Source of the DNA: an uncultured Candidatus Saccharibacteria bacterium
GTDB taxonomy: Bacteria > Patescibacteriota > Minisyncoccia > Phycocordibacterales > JACOZG01
NCBI GenBank assembly: GCA_964648765.1
Contig: CAZYLF010000001.1
Coordinates: forward strand, 480,632-544,631
Length of the DNA stretch: 64,000 nt
Direction of reading: 5' to 3'
A program made the translations under genes and the position numbers. Below are positions 28,690 to 39,184 of this stretch, one piece after another. A model generated the notes under the pieces. The model was not told the origin of the DNA. It was given only the letters and a program-made list of their open reading frames with translations, and did not search any database. How positions within the stretch are numbered: the first letter of the stretch is position 1; every line of letters starts with the position of its first letter.

Positions 28690-29922
28690 ATGTTAAATAA
28701 AAATTTTGGAAAAAGTTTTTTTATAAATCTCGCGCTTAGTCTTGGGGCAGTCGCTCTGTTTTTCTCTGGTGTTTACTTTGCCGACACAATTAAAGTTTCT
28801 ACACTTGACGCTGCCACCGAGCGCGCCTCGCTTGATGAGTTCTGGCGAGTTTGGGATATCCTCGATGAACGATATGTAGATACCCATGTAGGCACCACCA
28901 CTAAGGAAATTACTTCACAAATTAAAATGGAAGGAGCGATTGCTGGGTTAGTAGACTCACTTGGCGATCCGTACACAGTTTTCTTACCTCCAGAAGAAAA
29001 AAAGTCATTTGAGGAGGATATTAGCGGTAATTTTGGTGGAGTAGGGATGGAGGTTGGGTTTAGAGATAAACGGCTCACCGTTATTGCCCCATTACCCGAC
29101 ACACCAGCTAAGCGTGGTGGGATTGAGTCTGGCGATTTAATTTTAGAAATTGACGGCCTGTCTGCTGATGGCATGTCAGTTTACGATGCTGTGCAAAAAA
29201 TCCGTGGTGAGATCGGCACAAATGTTAAAATTACTGTACTAAAAAAAGATGCCACCGAACCAGTAGAGATCACCTTAAAACGTGCTGCAATAAAAGTTCC
29301 AACTCTTAAAACTCAAGTAATAAATAGTGACGGCAAAAAAGTGTTTCTAATTCGTCTTTATAATTTTAATGCTGAAGCCTCAGGTGATTTCCGAACGTCT
29401 CTTAAAGAGTTTGTGGATTCTGGATCAAGTCGTTTGGTGCTTGATTTGCGTGGTAATCCTGGTGGTTATCTTGAATCATCGGTTGATATTGCGAGTTGGT
29501 TTTTGCCAGTTGGTTTGCCTGTGGTAGTAGAGGATCGTGGCGTAGGCGAGGAGAAAAAAGTTTACAAAAGTCGCGGTTATAATATCTTTAATAAAAACTT
29601 AAAGATGGCAGTGCTTATTGATGGAGGGAGCGCGTCGGCTTCAGAGATTTTAGCTGGAGCACTTTCAGAACATGGCAAAGCTACTTTGGTTGGTGAAAAA
29701 ACTTTTGGTAAAGGATCGGTGCAAGAGGTGGTAAACGTGGGTGAGGGGAGCGCTCTTAAGGTTACGATTGCTAGGTGGCTCACGCCGTTTGGTCACTCTA
29801 TCTCTGGTAATGGACTTACCCCGAAGGTTGAAGTCAAGTATGAAAAACCTGAAAAAGATGATAATTTAGACCCCGATCGAATTGATAACCAGATTAAAAA
29901 AGCACTTGAGCTTGTAAAATAA
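28690..29922 (+). CDS. ctpA: C-terminal processing peptidase S41 with PDZ domain
   Basis: [23 protein letters not shown] motifs. Confidence 0.93.
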   Translation: MLNKNFGKSFFINLALSLGAVALFFSGVYFADTIKVSTLDAATERASLDEFWRVWDILDERYVDTHVGTTTKEITSQIKMEGAIAGLVDSLGDPYTVFLPPEEKKSFEEDISGNFGGVGMEVGFRDKRLTVIAPLPDTPAKRGGIESGDLILEIDGLSADGMSVYDAVQKIRGEIGTNVKITVLKKDATEPVEITLKRAAIKVPTLKTQVINSDGKKVFLIRLYNFNAEASGDFRTSLKEFVDSGSSRLVLDLRGNPGGYLESSVDIASWFLPVGLPVVVEDRGVGEEKKVYKSRGYNIFNKNLKMAVLIDGGSASASEILAGALSEHGKATLVGEKTFGKGSVQEVVNVGEGSALKVTIARWLTPFGHSISGNGLTPKVEVKYEKPEKDDNLDPDRIDNQIKKALELVK

Positions 29923-29923
29923 A

Positions 29924-30367
29924 ATGAAAGTAATTTTTCTAAATGATGTACGTGGCGTGGGACGTCGCGGGGATGTGAAGGAGGTTAAGGATGGTTACGC
30001 TAGGAATTTTTTATTCCCTCAAAAATTAGCACTTGAAGCTAGTGCTGGTAATTTAAAAACGGCTGAAAAAAATAGACAAAACAAACTTGAAGGGCAAAAA
30101 ATTCAAGACGAACTTGGCCGTGAGTTAGTGGTTAAACTTAAAGAGATCACCGTCATTATTAAGGCCAAGGCTAGCGAGAAGGGCCACTTGTTTGTAGGTT
30201 TACACGCTAAAGAAGTTGCCGAAGCCTTAAATAAGCAATTTAATATCTCATTGAGTCCAGATTGGATTGAACTTGATAAACCACTAAAGGCCACTGGCGC
30301 ACATGTGCTACCAGTGACCTTGGGTAATAGTAAAGGAGAAATTAAACTTGAAGTAGAAGCAATTTAG
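29924..30367 (+). CDS. rplI: 50S ribosomal protein L9
   Basis: [12 protein letters not shown] motif. Confidence 0.96.
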   Translation: MKVIFLNDVRGVGRRGDVKEVKDGYARNFLFPQKLALEASAGNLKTAEKNRQNKLEGQKIQDELGRELVVKLKEITVIIKAKASEKGHLFVGLHAKEVAEALNKQFNISLSPDWIELDKPLKATGAHVLPVTLGNSKGEIKLEVEAI

Positions 30368-30636
30368 AGAACCTCAACTACGTGCACGCGAGTGACGCGG
30401 TTATTGAAACCGGTCTTCCTTTTTTCTTTGATTACGACGTTACCAGTTTTGATAGCGAAAAGAGTGTGGTCCTTACCCATATCTACGCCGCGTCCGGCCA
30501 CAAAGCGTGTGCCACGCTGACGCACAATAATCATGCCTGGTTTTGCCACTTCACCCACGTATAATTTAACACCCAAATATTGGGCATTAGAATCTCTTAA
30601 GTTACGAGCTGTACCGCCAGCTTTACGATGTGCCAT
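30364..30636 (-). CDS. rpmA: 50S ribosomal protein L27
   Basis: [24 protein letters not shown] motifs. Confidence 0.97.
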   Translation of the reverse strand: MAHRKAGGTARNLRDSNAQYLGVKLYVGEVAKPGMIIVRQRGTRFVAGRGVDMGKDHTLFAIKTGNVVIKEKRKTGFNNRVTRVHVVEVL

Positions 30637-30668
30637 AAACTAAAATTTGTTAAAATATTTAATGAACC

Positions 30669-31061
30669 ATGATTCTAACAGAATGGCTAGAAAAAATCAA
30701 ACAACAGGAGAGGCCGTTGGTTTGGCTAGGTTTTTTACTGCTTACCAACCTCTTAGCCTTCGGTTTAGGCAGACTGACGATCTTAGTAGGGGAATCGGAG
30801 CCTATTACTGTGGATTATCAGCCACAGGTTATGGCAAGCCAGGTGGCTCAAGTTGCACCAGCAACGACCCAAGAAAAACCAAAGGTAAGCCTCGGTAAAG
30901 TTACCCAACTTGTGGCTTCAAAAAGTGGAACAAAATATCATTTGCCAAACTGCCCGGGCGCTAAGCAAATTAAAGAGTCAAATAAAATCTTCTTCGCCTC
31001 GGTGGAGGAGGCAATTCGTGCCGGCTACACCCCCGCCGCCAATTGTCCGGGTTTAAAATAA
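30669..31061 (+). CDS. Membrane protein with C-terminal Ada-like metal-binding domain
   Basis: VASKSGTKYHLPNC..EEAIRAGYTPAANC. Confidence 0.75.
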   Translation: MILTEWLEKIKQQERPLVWLGFLLLTNLLAFGLGRLTILVGESEPITVDYQPQVMASQVAQVAPATTQEKPKVSLGKVTQLVASKSGTKYHLPNCPGAKQIKESNKIFFASVEEAIRAGYTPAANCPGLK

Positions 31062-31088
31062 AAAAGCCGCGGACAAGTGTGTCCGCGG
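31060..31088. terminator. Terminator between convergent genes
   Basis: aaaaaagccgcggac-aagtgt-gtccgcgg. Confidence 0.75.
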
Positions 31089-31121
31089 TGGAATAAGTTA
31101 TGGTAAAAACGTCATTACCCC

Positions 31122-31394
31122 CTACTCTAATAGGGCAGAGGGGACCCCAAATCTTTGAACTGTAGATGGGTGCGCAACCGGATCTCCGTAATGCTTCTCA
31201 TGCCATTTGCATGGGCGCAGATTAGAAACCAGAAATGTCCCAGAGTATCGTCCGATGACCTTACCGTGATCGTCTTCCAGTTCAACTTTCACAAAAGCCC
31301 AATCACCATTGATGTGGCCCACAATACCGGAGAGCCCGCAATACTTGCCTTGAGCAGTAATGATTACCTCCATGTTCGGCATAATTTGCGACAT
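31122..31394 (-). CDS. KOW-motif small protein (cassette)
   Basis: MEVIITAQGKYCGLSGIV..VKVEL resembles KOW/SH3; GGGAGG SD before ATG 31394. Confidence 0.6.
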   Translation of the reverse strand: MSQIMPNMEVIITAQGKYCGLSGIVGHINGDWAFVKVELEDDHGKVIGRYSGTFLVSNLRPCKWHEKHYGDPVAHPSTVQRFGVPSALLE

Positions 31395-31593
31395 TACAAG
31401 TTCCTCCCTAAAGAACAAGTCACTCCCTTCCTTCCAAAGAGGGGAGATCAACCGTAGATTTTAGCATTCAGACAAAGTGGTTGTCTAGGAAGCAGTTTCT
31501 GTGTAAAATAGTAGTATCTAAAATATCTATCATGTTGTAACTAAGAAACGAGGATAGCTGTCAGATTATTAGGTTTGATAACCTCGTTTCAAC

Positions 31594-32556
31594 ATGAATA
31601 AACTCTTTGTTAAAAACCTCGTTATTCGCGGTCGTCACGGTCAAACTGGTCGCGAGCGGGTGGAAGATCAAGTTTTTGAAGTCGATATTAAAATTAGCTT
31701 AGACACCAGTATTCCAGCTAAAACCGATTCTTTAGCTGATGCCTATGATTATAAACAGGCCGTAGCGATTGCTAGCGCTGTGATTACTGGTACTAGTTCG
31801 AGCCTACTTGAGCAATTAGCTGATCGAATTGCCACGCATATTGTAAATGATGATAAGGTCGATGGTGTGGAAGTAATAATCCGCAAACCCGGTAGTGGGG
31901 GAGATGGTGTGCCGGGGATTAAAGTAAAAAAGAAACGAACACTTCATCAGCTGCCAGTTGGTTTTTTGCCATTTGATTTTTCTCACGCAGTTGGAGAGAT
32001 TAGAGAGCACGGTGCTACCTCTTTTCCCCTACTTGAGGAGTATTATCGCTTGATGCTTTTACGTGAAGCTGAAAAATTGAACTATAAAAATCAGCCCGAG
32101 TTTGTGGGGCCAGCTAAAGTTCATGAACAGCTATCTTCAGTAGAAAAAATTCCTGAGCCCAGTATATTTACCGCGCTTAAAAAAGAATTTGAAACTCTGC
32201 TGGCCTGCTCGGTAATGAACCTTGGAGCAGAGGAGAGGCCCTTTGAAGTCCCCTTTATATTTAATGAAATATCACTTCAAAAATATAATGCCGGATCAAT
32301 TGGTATTACAGCTCACCTCGACAGTGCTCGTTGTCAGAATTTAATCGTTATTTTCGTACTTAAGGGAGAAGCAAAATTTGCTACATGTAAGGACCGAAGT
32401 GGCACAGATGCTCATGACGTTAATCCTAAGCCAGGCAATGTAATCTTAATGCGCGCTAGTGGTTTTGATGAATCAGATTTCCGACCTTTTCACTTTTTAA
32501 GTGATGTGACGGAAGAGAGGATTGCCTTTGGCTTACGAGGTCTTAGAAAAACATAA
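31594..32556 (+). CDS. FolB (dihydroneopterin aldolase-like) fused to a 2OG-Fe(II) dioxygenase-like domain
   Basis: N-terminus GRHG..ER..Q.FEVD..DY..LLEQLA..RKP; C-terminus HLD..H..R.AFGLR. Confidence 0.75.
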   Translation: MNKLFVKNLVIRGRHGQTGRERVEDQVFEVDIKISLDTSIPAKTDSLADAYDYKQAVAIASAVITGTSSSLLEQLADRIATHIVNDDKVDGVEVIIRKPGSGGDGVPGIKVKKKRTLHQLPVGFLPFDFSHAVGEIREHGATSFPLLEEYYRLMLLREAEKLNYKNQPEFVGPAKVHEQLSSVEKIPEPSIFTALKKEFETLLACSVMNLGAEERPFEVPFIFNEISLQKYNAGSIGITAHLDSARCQNLIVIFVLKGEAKFATCKDRSGTDAHDVNPKPGNVILMRASGFDESDFRPFHFLSDVTEERIAFGLRGLRKT

Positions 32557-32584
32557 CGTCGCACAATATATCTTTTGCGACGTT
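32555..32584. terminator. Hairpin between convergent genes
   Basis: aacgtcgca..tgcgacgtt. Confidence 0.6.
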
Positions 32585-32598
32585 AGGCTTGAGTTGAT

Positions 32599-33045
32599 TT
32601 AGGACTTGGCTTGGTACTTACCCCAGCACGGTTTGCTCCACTTCCAGTGTTTAATACCGTTGGGTTCACTCATAAGTTGGATGGCGTACTCAATGTTACC
32701 GTTAATGGTGTTGATATTTAAGCCACGTTTTACGCTGGCTTCTTTATGAAATTGTTCATTGATTTGGAAAACACCCACGTCGTCTGGGTTCTTAATACCG
32801 CGTAAAGGCTTACCATTGGTATCATACTGCCTTAAATTACTCTCACATGAGGCGATTCTGAGCGCTAATGAAGCGTCCACACCATCGTAAGCGTTGGCAG
32901 TCTTAATGATTTGCTCCTCAATACCGGCTGGCTCCTCAAACACGCGAGCTAAATTAGCGTCGTTTAAATTGGCCGAGATATTGGCTTGGTTAAGCTGAGT
33001 GATAGCGATAAGGCTTGCTAAGCCGGTTTGAATTAATGTATGCAT
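32599..33045 (-). CDS. Lytic transglycosylase/lysozyme-like secreted protein
   Basis: IASCES..GVFQIN..HWKWSKPCW. Confidence 0.75.
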   Translation of the reverse strand: MHTLIQTGLASLIAITQLNQANISANLNDANLARVFEEPAGIEEQIIKTANAYDGVDASLALRIASCESNLRQYDTNGKPLRGIKNPDDVGVFQINEQFHKEASVKRGLNINTINGNIEYAIQLMSEPNGIKHWKWSKPCWGKYQAKS

Positions 33046-33147
33046 ATTGGTATAAAATGGCTTATTAAAGCCAAAAAATTGAGGGCTTAACCCTCAATCT
33101 CTATAAGACTAGCATACTTTCTTCCTCCTGTCAATACGGTGAAACGT

Positions 33148-33342
33148 TTAACTCAAACTGTCAAACCAGGGTTTTAAGACGTCATTCCAGAGATATTTTA
33201 GCCTTTCCCAGAGGAAGGCCGACCATTTTTGGACCACTTCTGACTCAAATAGATTCTGTAAATCAACTTTAAAGTAGGCGAGTAAGACAATAATAAAGAT
33301 TATGATCAAAATTCCCCTGATAAATCCCCTGTTTGATTTCAT
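33148..33342 (-). CDS. Small membrane protein
   Basis: NRGF plus hydrophobic helix; in operon after the M23 gene. Confidence 0.6.
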   Translation of the reverse strand: MKSNRGFIRGILIIIFIIVLLAYFKVDLQNLFESEVVQKWSAFLWERLKYLWNDVLKPWFDSLS

Positions 33343-33349
33343 AAATATA

Positions 33350-34615
33350 TTATAGATAAATTAAGGGATCTAAGTAAGCGTCTGTGGGGGCAACTGGCAA
33401 AGTGTAAGTACCTCCACATACCTGGCTTTTCTTTTGAATAATTTGCACCGCGTCAGCCACATAGACTGTAAAGTGTAGATGTGGGCCGGTGGTATAGCCT
33501 GTGTTCCCACTATAACCAATTACCTCGCCACTACCAACTGCCTGATTAGCCACAACTTTAATAAGTGATAAATGAGCGTATAGAGTTGTTAGGCCATTAG
33601 GGTGCTTAACCAAGACCCATTTGCCGTATGAGGCACCTGGGCAAACTCGGTCGGTATCGCCCACTCCCATTATTGTTCCTGCGCCAGCCGACATTACTCT
33701 GGTGCCTTCACTTGCACGAAAATCAACACCATTATGACTGCCTGAAGTATAAAGACGTTTAGAGTCGGAGGTAACCCCAAATTGTTGAGTAAGAGTAACT
33801 TGATCTAGTGGCCAAGCAAGTACGCCTTTACCAGCTGGCGGGATTTTAGTTGGGTCAAGCACAAACTTGAGTTGAGATTCAAAGTCGAATAGTTCACGCT
33901 CAAAGGCATCTTTCTTAGCCTTACGATCAGCTAGTAGTTTAATATACTCTGATTCCTTGTTTTTTGTTTGTGATAAAAGTTTATTAGTGCTTTGTTTGTT
34001 TGCTTCAGCAATTGATTTTTGGTCAGCAACTTCAGTTTTATAATTTTCCAGGACTTTTTTTGCCTTGCTTGCCTCCGTTTCTTTATTTGAAAGGTCAATC
34101 TTAATATCTTCAAGTTCTATTATTTTATCCTTAGTAGCATTCTCAAATTGCTCAAAAGAACTTGCCTCCAAGACAACTTCTGCCCAGGTTTGGTGGGAAA
34201 GTAGCGCCTCAACTAAAGACACAGAGTTATTTTGATGAATTTTTCTCAGTGATTCTTTAATTGCATCCTTGTGTTTTGCAATACTTGTACTTTTTTCACC
34301 TATCTCACCTTTCAGTCCCTCAATTTTAAGTTGAGTTGCGGTAATTTTATTTTCAGTTAATGAAATATCAGCATTAAGTTTTTTCTTCAAGGTTTCAAGT
34401 CGAGCCACTTCACTGCTTAGAGTTTTGGACTGTGCTGAGGTTTTACTAAGTTCAGCATTATATTTTGCAATTTCCACTTCAATTTCTTTAATGGCTTTTT
34501 GTCGGTCTTCAATTTTTTGCTTTAGTGCGTCAATTTCATCTGCACGTGCAGGTACGCCAAATATAATTTGAAAAGTAAAAATCAGTAATGTTAATTTAAC
34601 TAATTTATTAACCAA
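33350..34615 (-). CDS. Coiled-coil M23 peptidase
   Basis: HNGVD, YAHLS, TGPHLHF motifs. Confidence 0.92.
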   Translation of the reverse strand: MVNKLVKLTLLIFTFQIIFGVPARADEIDALKQKIEDRQKAIKEIEVEIAKYNAELSKTSAQSKTLSSEVARLETLKKKLNADISLTENKITATQLKIEGLKGEIGEKSTSIAKHKDAIKESLRKIHQNNSVSLVEALLSHQTWAEVVLEASSFEQFENATKDKIIELEDIKIDLSNKETEASKAKKVLENYKTEVADQKSIAEANKQSTNKLLSQTKNKESEYIKLLADRKAKKDAFERELFDFESQLKFVLDPTKIPPAGKGVLAWPLDQVTLTQQFGVTSDSKRLYTSGSHNGVDFRASEGTRVMSAGAGTIMGVGDTDRVCPGASYGKWVLVKHPNGLTTLYAHLSLIKVVANQAVGSGEVIGYSGNTGYTTGPHLHFTVYVADAVQIIQKKSQVCGGTYTLPVAPTDAYLDPLIYL

Positions 34616-35894
34616 GATTTAAAGCGTTATTTAAACGAGTAATTGTATCATTCTTGCCTAGAACTTCTGCCACAGTAAATGGGTCAGGTGACTTCTCTTT
34701 GCCAGTTAGGGCCACGCGCATTGGCCAAAGAACCTCCCCTCTCCCCTTCTCATCTGCGTAGGGCATTATCGCCTCTTTAATTTTTTCTTTTGTAAATTGA
34801 GCTTCTGGAATTGGTTCTAATAATTTAATTATTTCTGTAAAGTGTTCGGAATTCTTGAGCATATCTTTTTCAATCTTTGGTGAGCTAAAAAAGTATTCTA
34901 ATTCGCCGGCTTCCTTCATCAACTTAATATCACCAAAATTATTAATTCTTTCTCTAACTATCGGTAAAACTTTTTCTGGTAGTTTAGTGCCATACCAAGA
35001 TTCGCAAATTTTTGAAAAGTTATCGTCGCTTAACTTTTTAATATATTCGCGGTTAAACCAGTTTAGTTTTTCAGGATTAAAAATTGCTGGAGATTTTTGC
35101 ACTTTTGTTAAATCAAAAACTTGCACAAGTTCATCCCGGGTAAAAAGTTCTTGCTCAGTGCCAGGATTCCAGCCAGTCATAGCCACCATGTTAAGTAGGG
35201 CCTCGGGTAAGTAGCCAGTATCCCGGTAACTTGTAACAGGTAAAGCTCCGCGGCGTTTAGAGAGCTTTAATTTATCTGGGCCCAGTACTAGTGGTAAATG
35301 TGCGTACACCACTGGCGTTGCCCCAATTGCTCTGGCAATTAAAATTTGTCTTGGGGTGTTTGAAACGTGATCGTCCCCCCTGATTACATGGGTCACACCC
35401 TCGTCAAAGTCGTCCACCACAACTGCGAGGTGAAAGAGTGGTTCATTAATATTTTTAGCGAGTACAAAATCACCCAAATCAGTTGTGTTAATTGTGATCC
35501 CACCTTTTATTTCATCTTGAAAAGTGATGTCGATGTTTGGATTTCTAAATCTCACAATCTCCTTAATTTCTCCGCTGCCATCTTTAGAAGCTTCTTTAGA
35601 AATGTAGGCTTTATCTTCAGCGATTAATTTTTGTAGAACTTCCTTGTGCCGCTCTACATGCTCACTCTGGCGATAAAATTCGTCATAATCTAGCCCAAGC
35701 CACTTAAGAGATTCCAGAATATTTTCTTCATTTTCTTTTGTGGATCTGGCTCGGTCTGTGTCTTCAATCCGCAAAATAAATTTACCAACATGTTTACGCG
35801 CATAAAGATACGAAAATATTGCCGTGCGGTAAGAACCGGAGTGGAGTAACCCCGTTGGACTAGGAGCAAAACGGGTAATAACTTTAGGATTCAT
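34608..35894 (-). CDS. gltX: Glutamate-tRNA ligase
   Basis: TRFAPSPTG, LRIEDTD, KLSKR motifs. Confidence 0.95.
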   Translation of the reverse strand: MNPKVITRFAPSPTGLLHSGSYRTAIFSYLYARKHVGKFILRIEDTDRARSTKENEENILESLKWLGLDYDEFYRQSEHVERHKEVLQKLIAEDKAYISKEASKDGSGEIKEIVRFRNPNIDITFQDEIKGGITINTTDLGDFVLAKNINEPLFHLAVVVDDFDEGVTHVIRGDDHVSNTPRQILIARAIGATPVVYAHLPLVLGPDKLKLSKRRGALPVTSYRDTGYLPEALLNMVAMTGWNPGTEQELFTRDELVQVFDLTKVQKSPAIFNPEKLNWFNREYIKKLSDDNFSKICESWYGTKLPEKVLPIVRERINNFGDIKLMKEAGELEYFFSSPKIEKDMLKNSEHFTEIIKLLEPIPEAQFTKEKIKEAIMPYADEKGRGEVLWPMRVALTGKEKSPDPFTVAEVLGKNDTITRLNNALNLG

Positions 35895-37011
35895 GTTCTA
35901 GGGCTAACGTTAAGATTTCTTTGGCAATTACTTGTCCAGCATCCTTGCGAGCAAAGTTTGCCAAGGCTTGAGACATTTGATCACGAAGAGTTTGGTTCGT
36001 CATGAGTCGGTTAATTTCTGAAGCGAGAACGGAAGCCGTAAGATTGTCCTGCTCAATTACTACTGCGCCTCCTGAAGCGGCAAAGGTGAAAGCGTTGGTG
36101 CGCTGATCGTGACTAATTGGCTCTGGGATCGGGATAATAATTGAAGGTAAACCCCAAAGAGCAATTTCAAAAATTACTGATCCAGCGCGCGAGACCACCA
36201 GCGATGAGGCCCCGGCCGCCATTTTGATAGCGCTTGAGTCTAAGTAATCAAAAAGTTTATAACGATCTTTGTTTGGGTTCTTCTCTAAGATTACTGAAAC
36301 TCGCTTTTTTATATCCTCATAATTATCTTTACCAACTTGGTGAATAACCTGATACTTCTCAATAATTTGTGGCAAAGCATCAATAAGAGTTTCGTTAATT
36401 GCGCCCGCCCCTTGCGAGCCGCCAGTTACAAAAACGATCGGTAAGTTTTTATCTAAGCCTAAGAATTCATGAGCGCCATTTTTAATTGGCGTCATGATTT
36501 CAGTGCGGATCGGATTACCGGTGATTGCTGTTTTGTCGGCGGGGAAATATTTTGATGCTTCAGGATAAGAGATGGCTACTCGTCGGGCAAATTTTGCAGA
36601 CCACAAATTTACTTTGCCAGGATGAGAGTCTGACTCATGAATAATGACTGGGATGCCAAGAAATCTCGCTGCAAATAATGTGGGGAAGCTCGCATAAGCA
36701 CCCTTACTAAAGATTACATCTGGGTAAATACGGTAAAGCTTCCAAAAGGCACCTAATATACCAAAAAAAGTTTTGACTCCATCGGTAAAGTTTTTTAAAG
36801 AAAAGTAGCGACGCATTTTGCCGGCTGAAACTTTTACGAAGGTGATGTTGTTTTCATAAAGTAATTTTTCGTTGTAAGGATCTGGCGCAAAATAATAAAG
36901 CTTAGGTTGAACTAATTTTTGTTCGCGGATCTGATTATTGATTTCTTCAGCAACGGCAATGATTGGGTAAAAGTGCCCACCTGTGCCACCGCCAGTAAAT
37001 ACTATTTTCAT
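35884..37011 (-). CDS. murG: MurG glycosyltransferase
   Basis: GGGTGGH, GNPIR, GGSQGA motifs. Confidence 0.96.
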   Translation of the reverse strand: MKIVFTGGGTGGHFYPIIAVAEEINNQIREQKLVQPKLYYFAPDPYNEKLLYENNITFVKVSAGKMRRYFSLKNFTDGVKTFFGILGAFWKLYRIYPDVIFSKGAYASFPTLFAARFLGIPVIIHESDSHPGKVNLWSAKFARRVAISYPEASKYFPADKTAITGNPIRTEIMTPIKNGAHEFLGLDKNLPIVFVTGGSQGAGAINETLIDALPQIIEKYQVIHQVGKDNYEDIKKRVSVILEKNPNKDRYKLFDYLDSSAIKMAAGASSLVVSRAGSVIFEIALWGLPSIIIPIPEPISHDQRTNAFTFAASGGAVVIEQDNLTASVLASEINRLMTNQTLRDQMSQALANFARKDAGQVIAKEILTLALEHES

Positions 37012-38114
37012 GTTTTTGAAATTTGTTGCTTAGCCACGTTTAAAATTAACCCCACTCCCACGAGCACAAAGAATAATGAACTCCCACCCTGACTGATAAA
37101 CGGTAAAGTGGTGCCAGCCAGCGGGATTAAGCCAAGCATTGAGGCCATATTAGTGAAGGCGCCCAAAAGCACGCTTGTTACCACTCCCACTACTAATAGT
37201 CTACCAAATTGATCGGGTGCGCGCGAAGCAATGCGAACTCCCCAAAGTCCAAATATCGTGAAGGCCAGAATAATTAAGGAAGCACCTAGAAAGCCAAATT
37301 CTTCCCCCGCTACAGCAAATACTGAATCCCCAATTGGTTCTGGTAATAATCTAAATTTATGAATGCTCTGACCGAAGCCTCGCCCAAACCACTGTCCTGA
37401 ACCAATAGCGATTAACGACTGCGTAACTTGATAGGCACTACCCTGCTTATCTGGATTGTCGTCAAAAAAAGTTTGAATGCGATCTCTAACGTGTGGTTGA
37501 GTAGATAGCACCGCTCCGCCTACAACAATAAATACCAAAAGAATAACAGCGAGTTTTTTAAGTTTAGTGCCTGCAGCAAAAAAAATGGCAAAGCTGCTCG
37601 CAATCATTATTCCCAAAGCATCAATGTCTGGTTGTAAAACAAGCACCAAACCAACTAGACCGATAAGAATAAAAAAAGTAATATACTGAGCAACACTCTC
37701 TTCGTTTAAATTTCGAATTTTGGCAATTAAAGCCGCTAAGTAGATTACAAATGCAAGCTTAAGAAATTCTGAGGGTTGAAATGAGACTGGACCAATTGGG
37801 ATCCAACGCTTGGCACCACCTGATTCAATGCCAAAATTTGGGATAAAGACAAGAGCCGAAAGGATAAGAGAAACTACAAAAAAAGGTAAAGCATATTTAC
37901 GCCACAAGCGGTAATCAAATCTTGAAACTAAAACCATAGCTGCGATTCCGAATCCAAGAATAAGAAGTTGCTTGATGGCAATTGCACTAAAACTTGGCCC
38001 ATCGCGACCAAGCAGACCAAGTGAAGCTGAGGCAAAAATAAAGAAGCCAAAGAAAACAAAAAAAAGAATATATATAAAAAATAATCGAGATGTTGCGCGC
38101 GTGCGTAAAGCCAT
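37008..38114 (-). CDS. ftsW: SEDS protein FtsW
   Basis: FQPSEFLK, LQPD, LPFISQGGSS motifs. Confidence 0.92.
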   Translation of the reverse strand: MALRTRATSRLFFIYILFFVFFGFFIFASASLGLLGRDGPSFSAIAIKQLLILGFGIAAMVLVSRFDYRLWRKYALPFFVVSLILSALVFIPNFGIESGGAKRWIPIGPVSFQPSEFLKLAFVIYLAALIAKIRNLNEESVAQYITFFILIGLVGLVLVLQPDIDALGIMIASSFAIFFAAGTKLKKLAVILLVFIVVGGAVLSTQPHVRDRIQTFFDDNPDKQGSAYQVTQSLIAIGSGQWFGRGFGQSIHKFRLLPEPIGDSVFAVAGEEFGFLGASLIILAFTIFGLWGVRIASRAPDQFGRLLVVGVVTSVLLGAFTNMASMLGLIPLAGTTLPFISQGGSSLFFVLVGVGLILNVAKQQISKT

Positions 38115-39172
38115 TACTTACCTATTAAGCTAATAATCATGCCGATGACGGCGAAGACGATACTAAACACCCAGTAGCGCATTACAACTTTACTTGCGGG
38201 CCAACCTTTGGCCTCAAAGTGGTGATGGAGAGGCGCTACAAGAAATACCTTTTTGCCATTTCTTAACTTTTTGGAACTTAATTGGATAATTACTGAGAGC
38301 GTGGTGAGCAAAAGCGGCATGGCGATAATTGGTAAAAGGAAAACTGTTTCAGTGAGGAAAGCGATAACAGTGAGCGTGGTGGTGAGACCTAAAATGCCAG
38401 TTTCTGACATATAAAAGCGTGCCGGCGGGATGTTGAACCACAAAAAGGCCAGTGTGCCACCAGTGATCGCAGCGCAAAGTGCGGCGAGGTCAATCTGGTT
38501 TTGGAAGTATGCGATGCCAGTGTAAGCAGCAAAAATAATCGCCATGACTCCCCCAGCTAATCCATCCAAGCCATCAATAACGCCACTAGAGAAAAGTCCA
38601 ACCATGGTGATAACGAAAAGTGGCATGATCCACCAACCAATTGCGAACTCGCCAAAAAACGGAATTAAAACACTCGACTGTTCAAGCTTAAAGTAAAACC
38701 ACCACGCGCCCACTGCTCCTAAAATTGCCACAAGAAGTAAGCGCTTTTTAAACGGCATTCCGCCTGCTAAGTACGTGCCTGTGCCGCGGACTTCAAGCCA
38801 ATCATCAATTAACCCGATGATTGAGGCGACGAGCAAAGTAAATATTGGAAGCCAAGTTTGGTTACGACTTAAAAAGCTCAACTTAGAACTAATGTCGGAA
38901 GGGAAAATTATAGAATAAAGCCAAAGTAAAAGTACGGTGAGGATAACGCTGGCCCAAATTATAATTCCGCCCATGCGTGGCGTGCCCACCTCTTTGTCTT
39001 TATGAAGACCATTAAAAATAGTGGCTTCGCGACCATCGGGAGCTATCTTACCCGCGCGCTTCTTCCACATTTGGTATTTGTATAAATAGAAGGTTAAAAG
39101 CGGAGTAAGAAGAATGCCCAAGGCAAAGGTGATGGTTATAGGGGTGAAGACTTTGAAAAGGCTAATAAACAT
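38114..39172 (-). CDS. mraY: Phospho-MurNAc-pentapeptide transferase
   Basis: GTPRMGG, DGLDGL, APLHHHFE motifs. Confidence 0.95.
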   Translation of the reverse strand: MFISLFKVFTPITITFALGILLTPLLTFYLYKYQMWKKRAGKIAPDGREATIFNGLHKDKEVGTPRMGGIIIWASVILTVLLLWLYSIIFPSDISSKLSFLSRNQTWLPIFTLLVASIIGLIDDWLEVRGTGTYLAGGMPFKKRLLLVAILGAVGAWWFYFKLEQSSVLIPFFGEFAIGWWIMPLFVITMVGLFSSGVIDGLDGLAGGVMAIIFAAYTGIAYFQNQIDLAALCAAITGGTLAFLWFNIPPARFYMSETGILGLTTTLTVIAFLTETVFLLPIIAMPLLLTTLSVIIQLSSKKLRNGKKVFLVAPLHHHFEAKGWPASKVVMRYWVFSIVFAVIGMIISLIGK

Positions 39173-39184
39173 AGATTTAATAGA

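Noticed and set aside
24700-33000. Replication terminus suggested by the switch from mostly + to mostly - genes
   Set aside because: No convincing dif site seen, and GC skew could not be computed.
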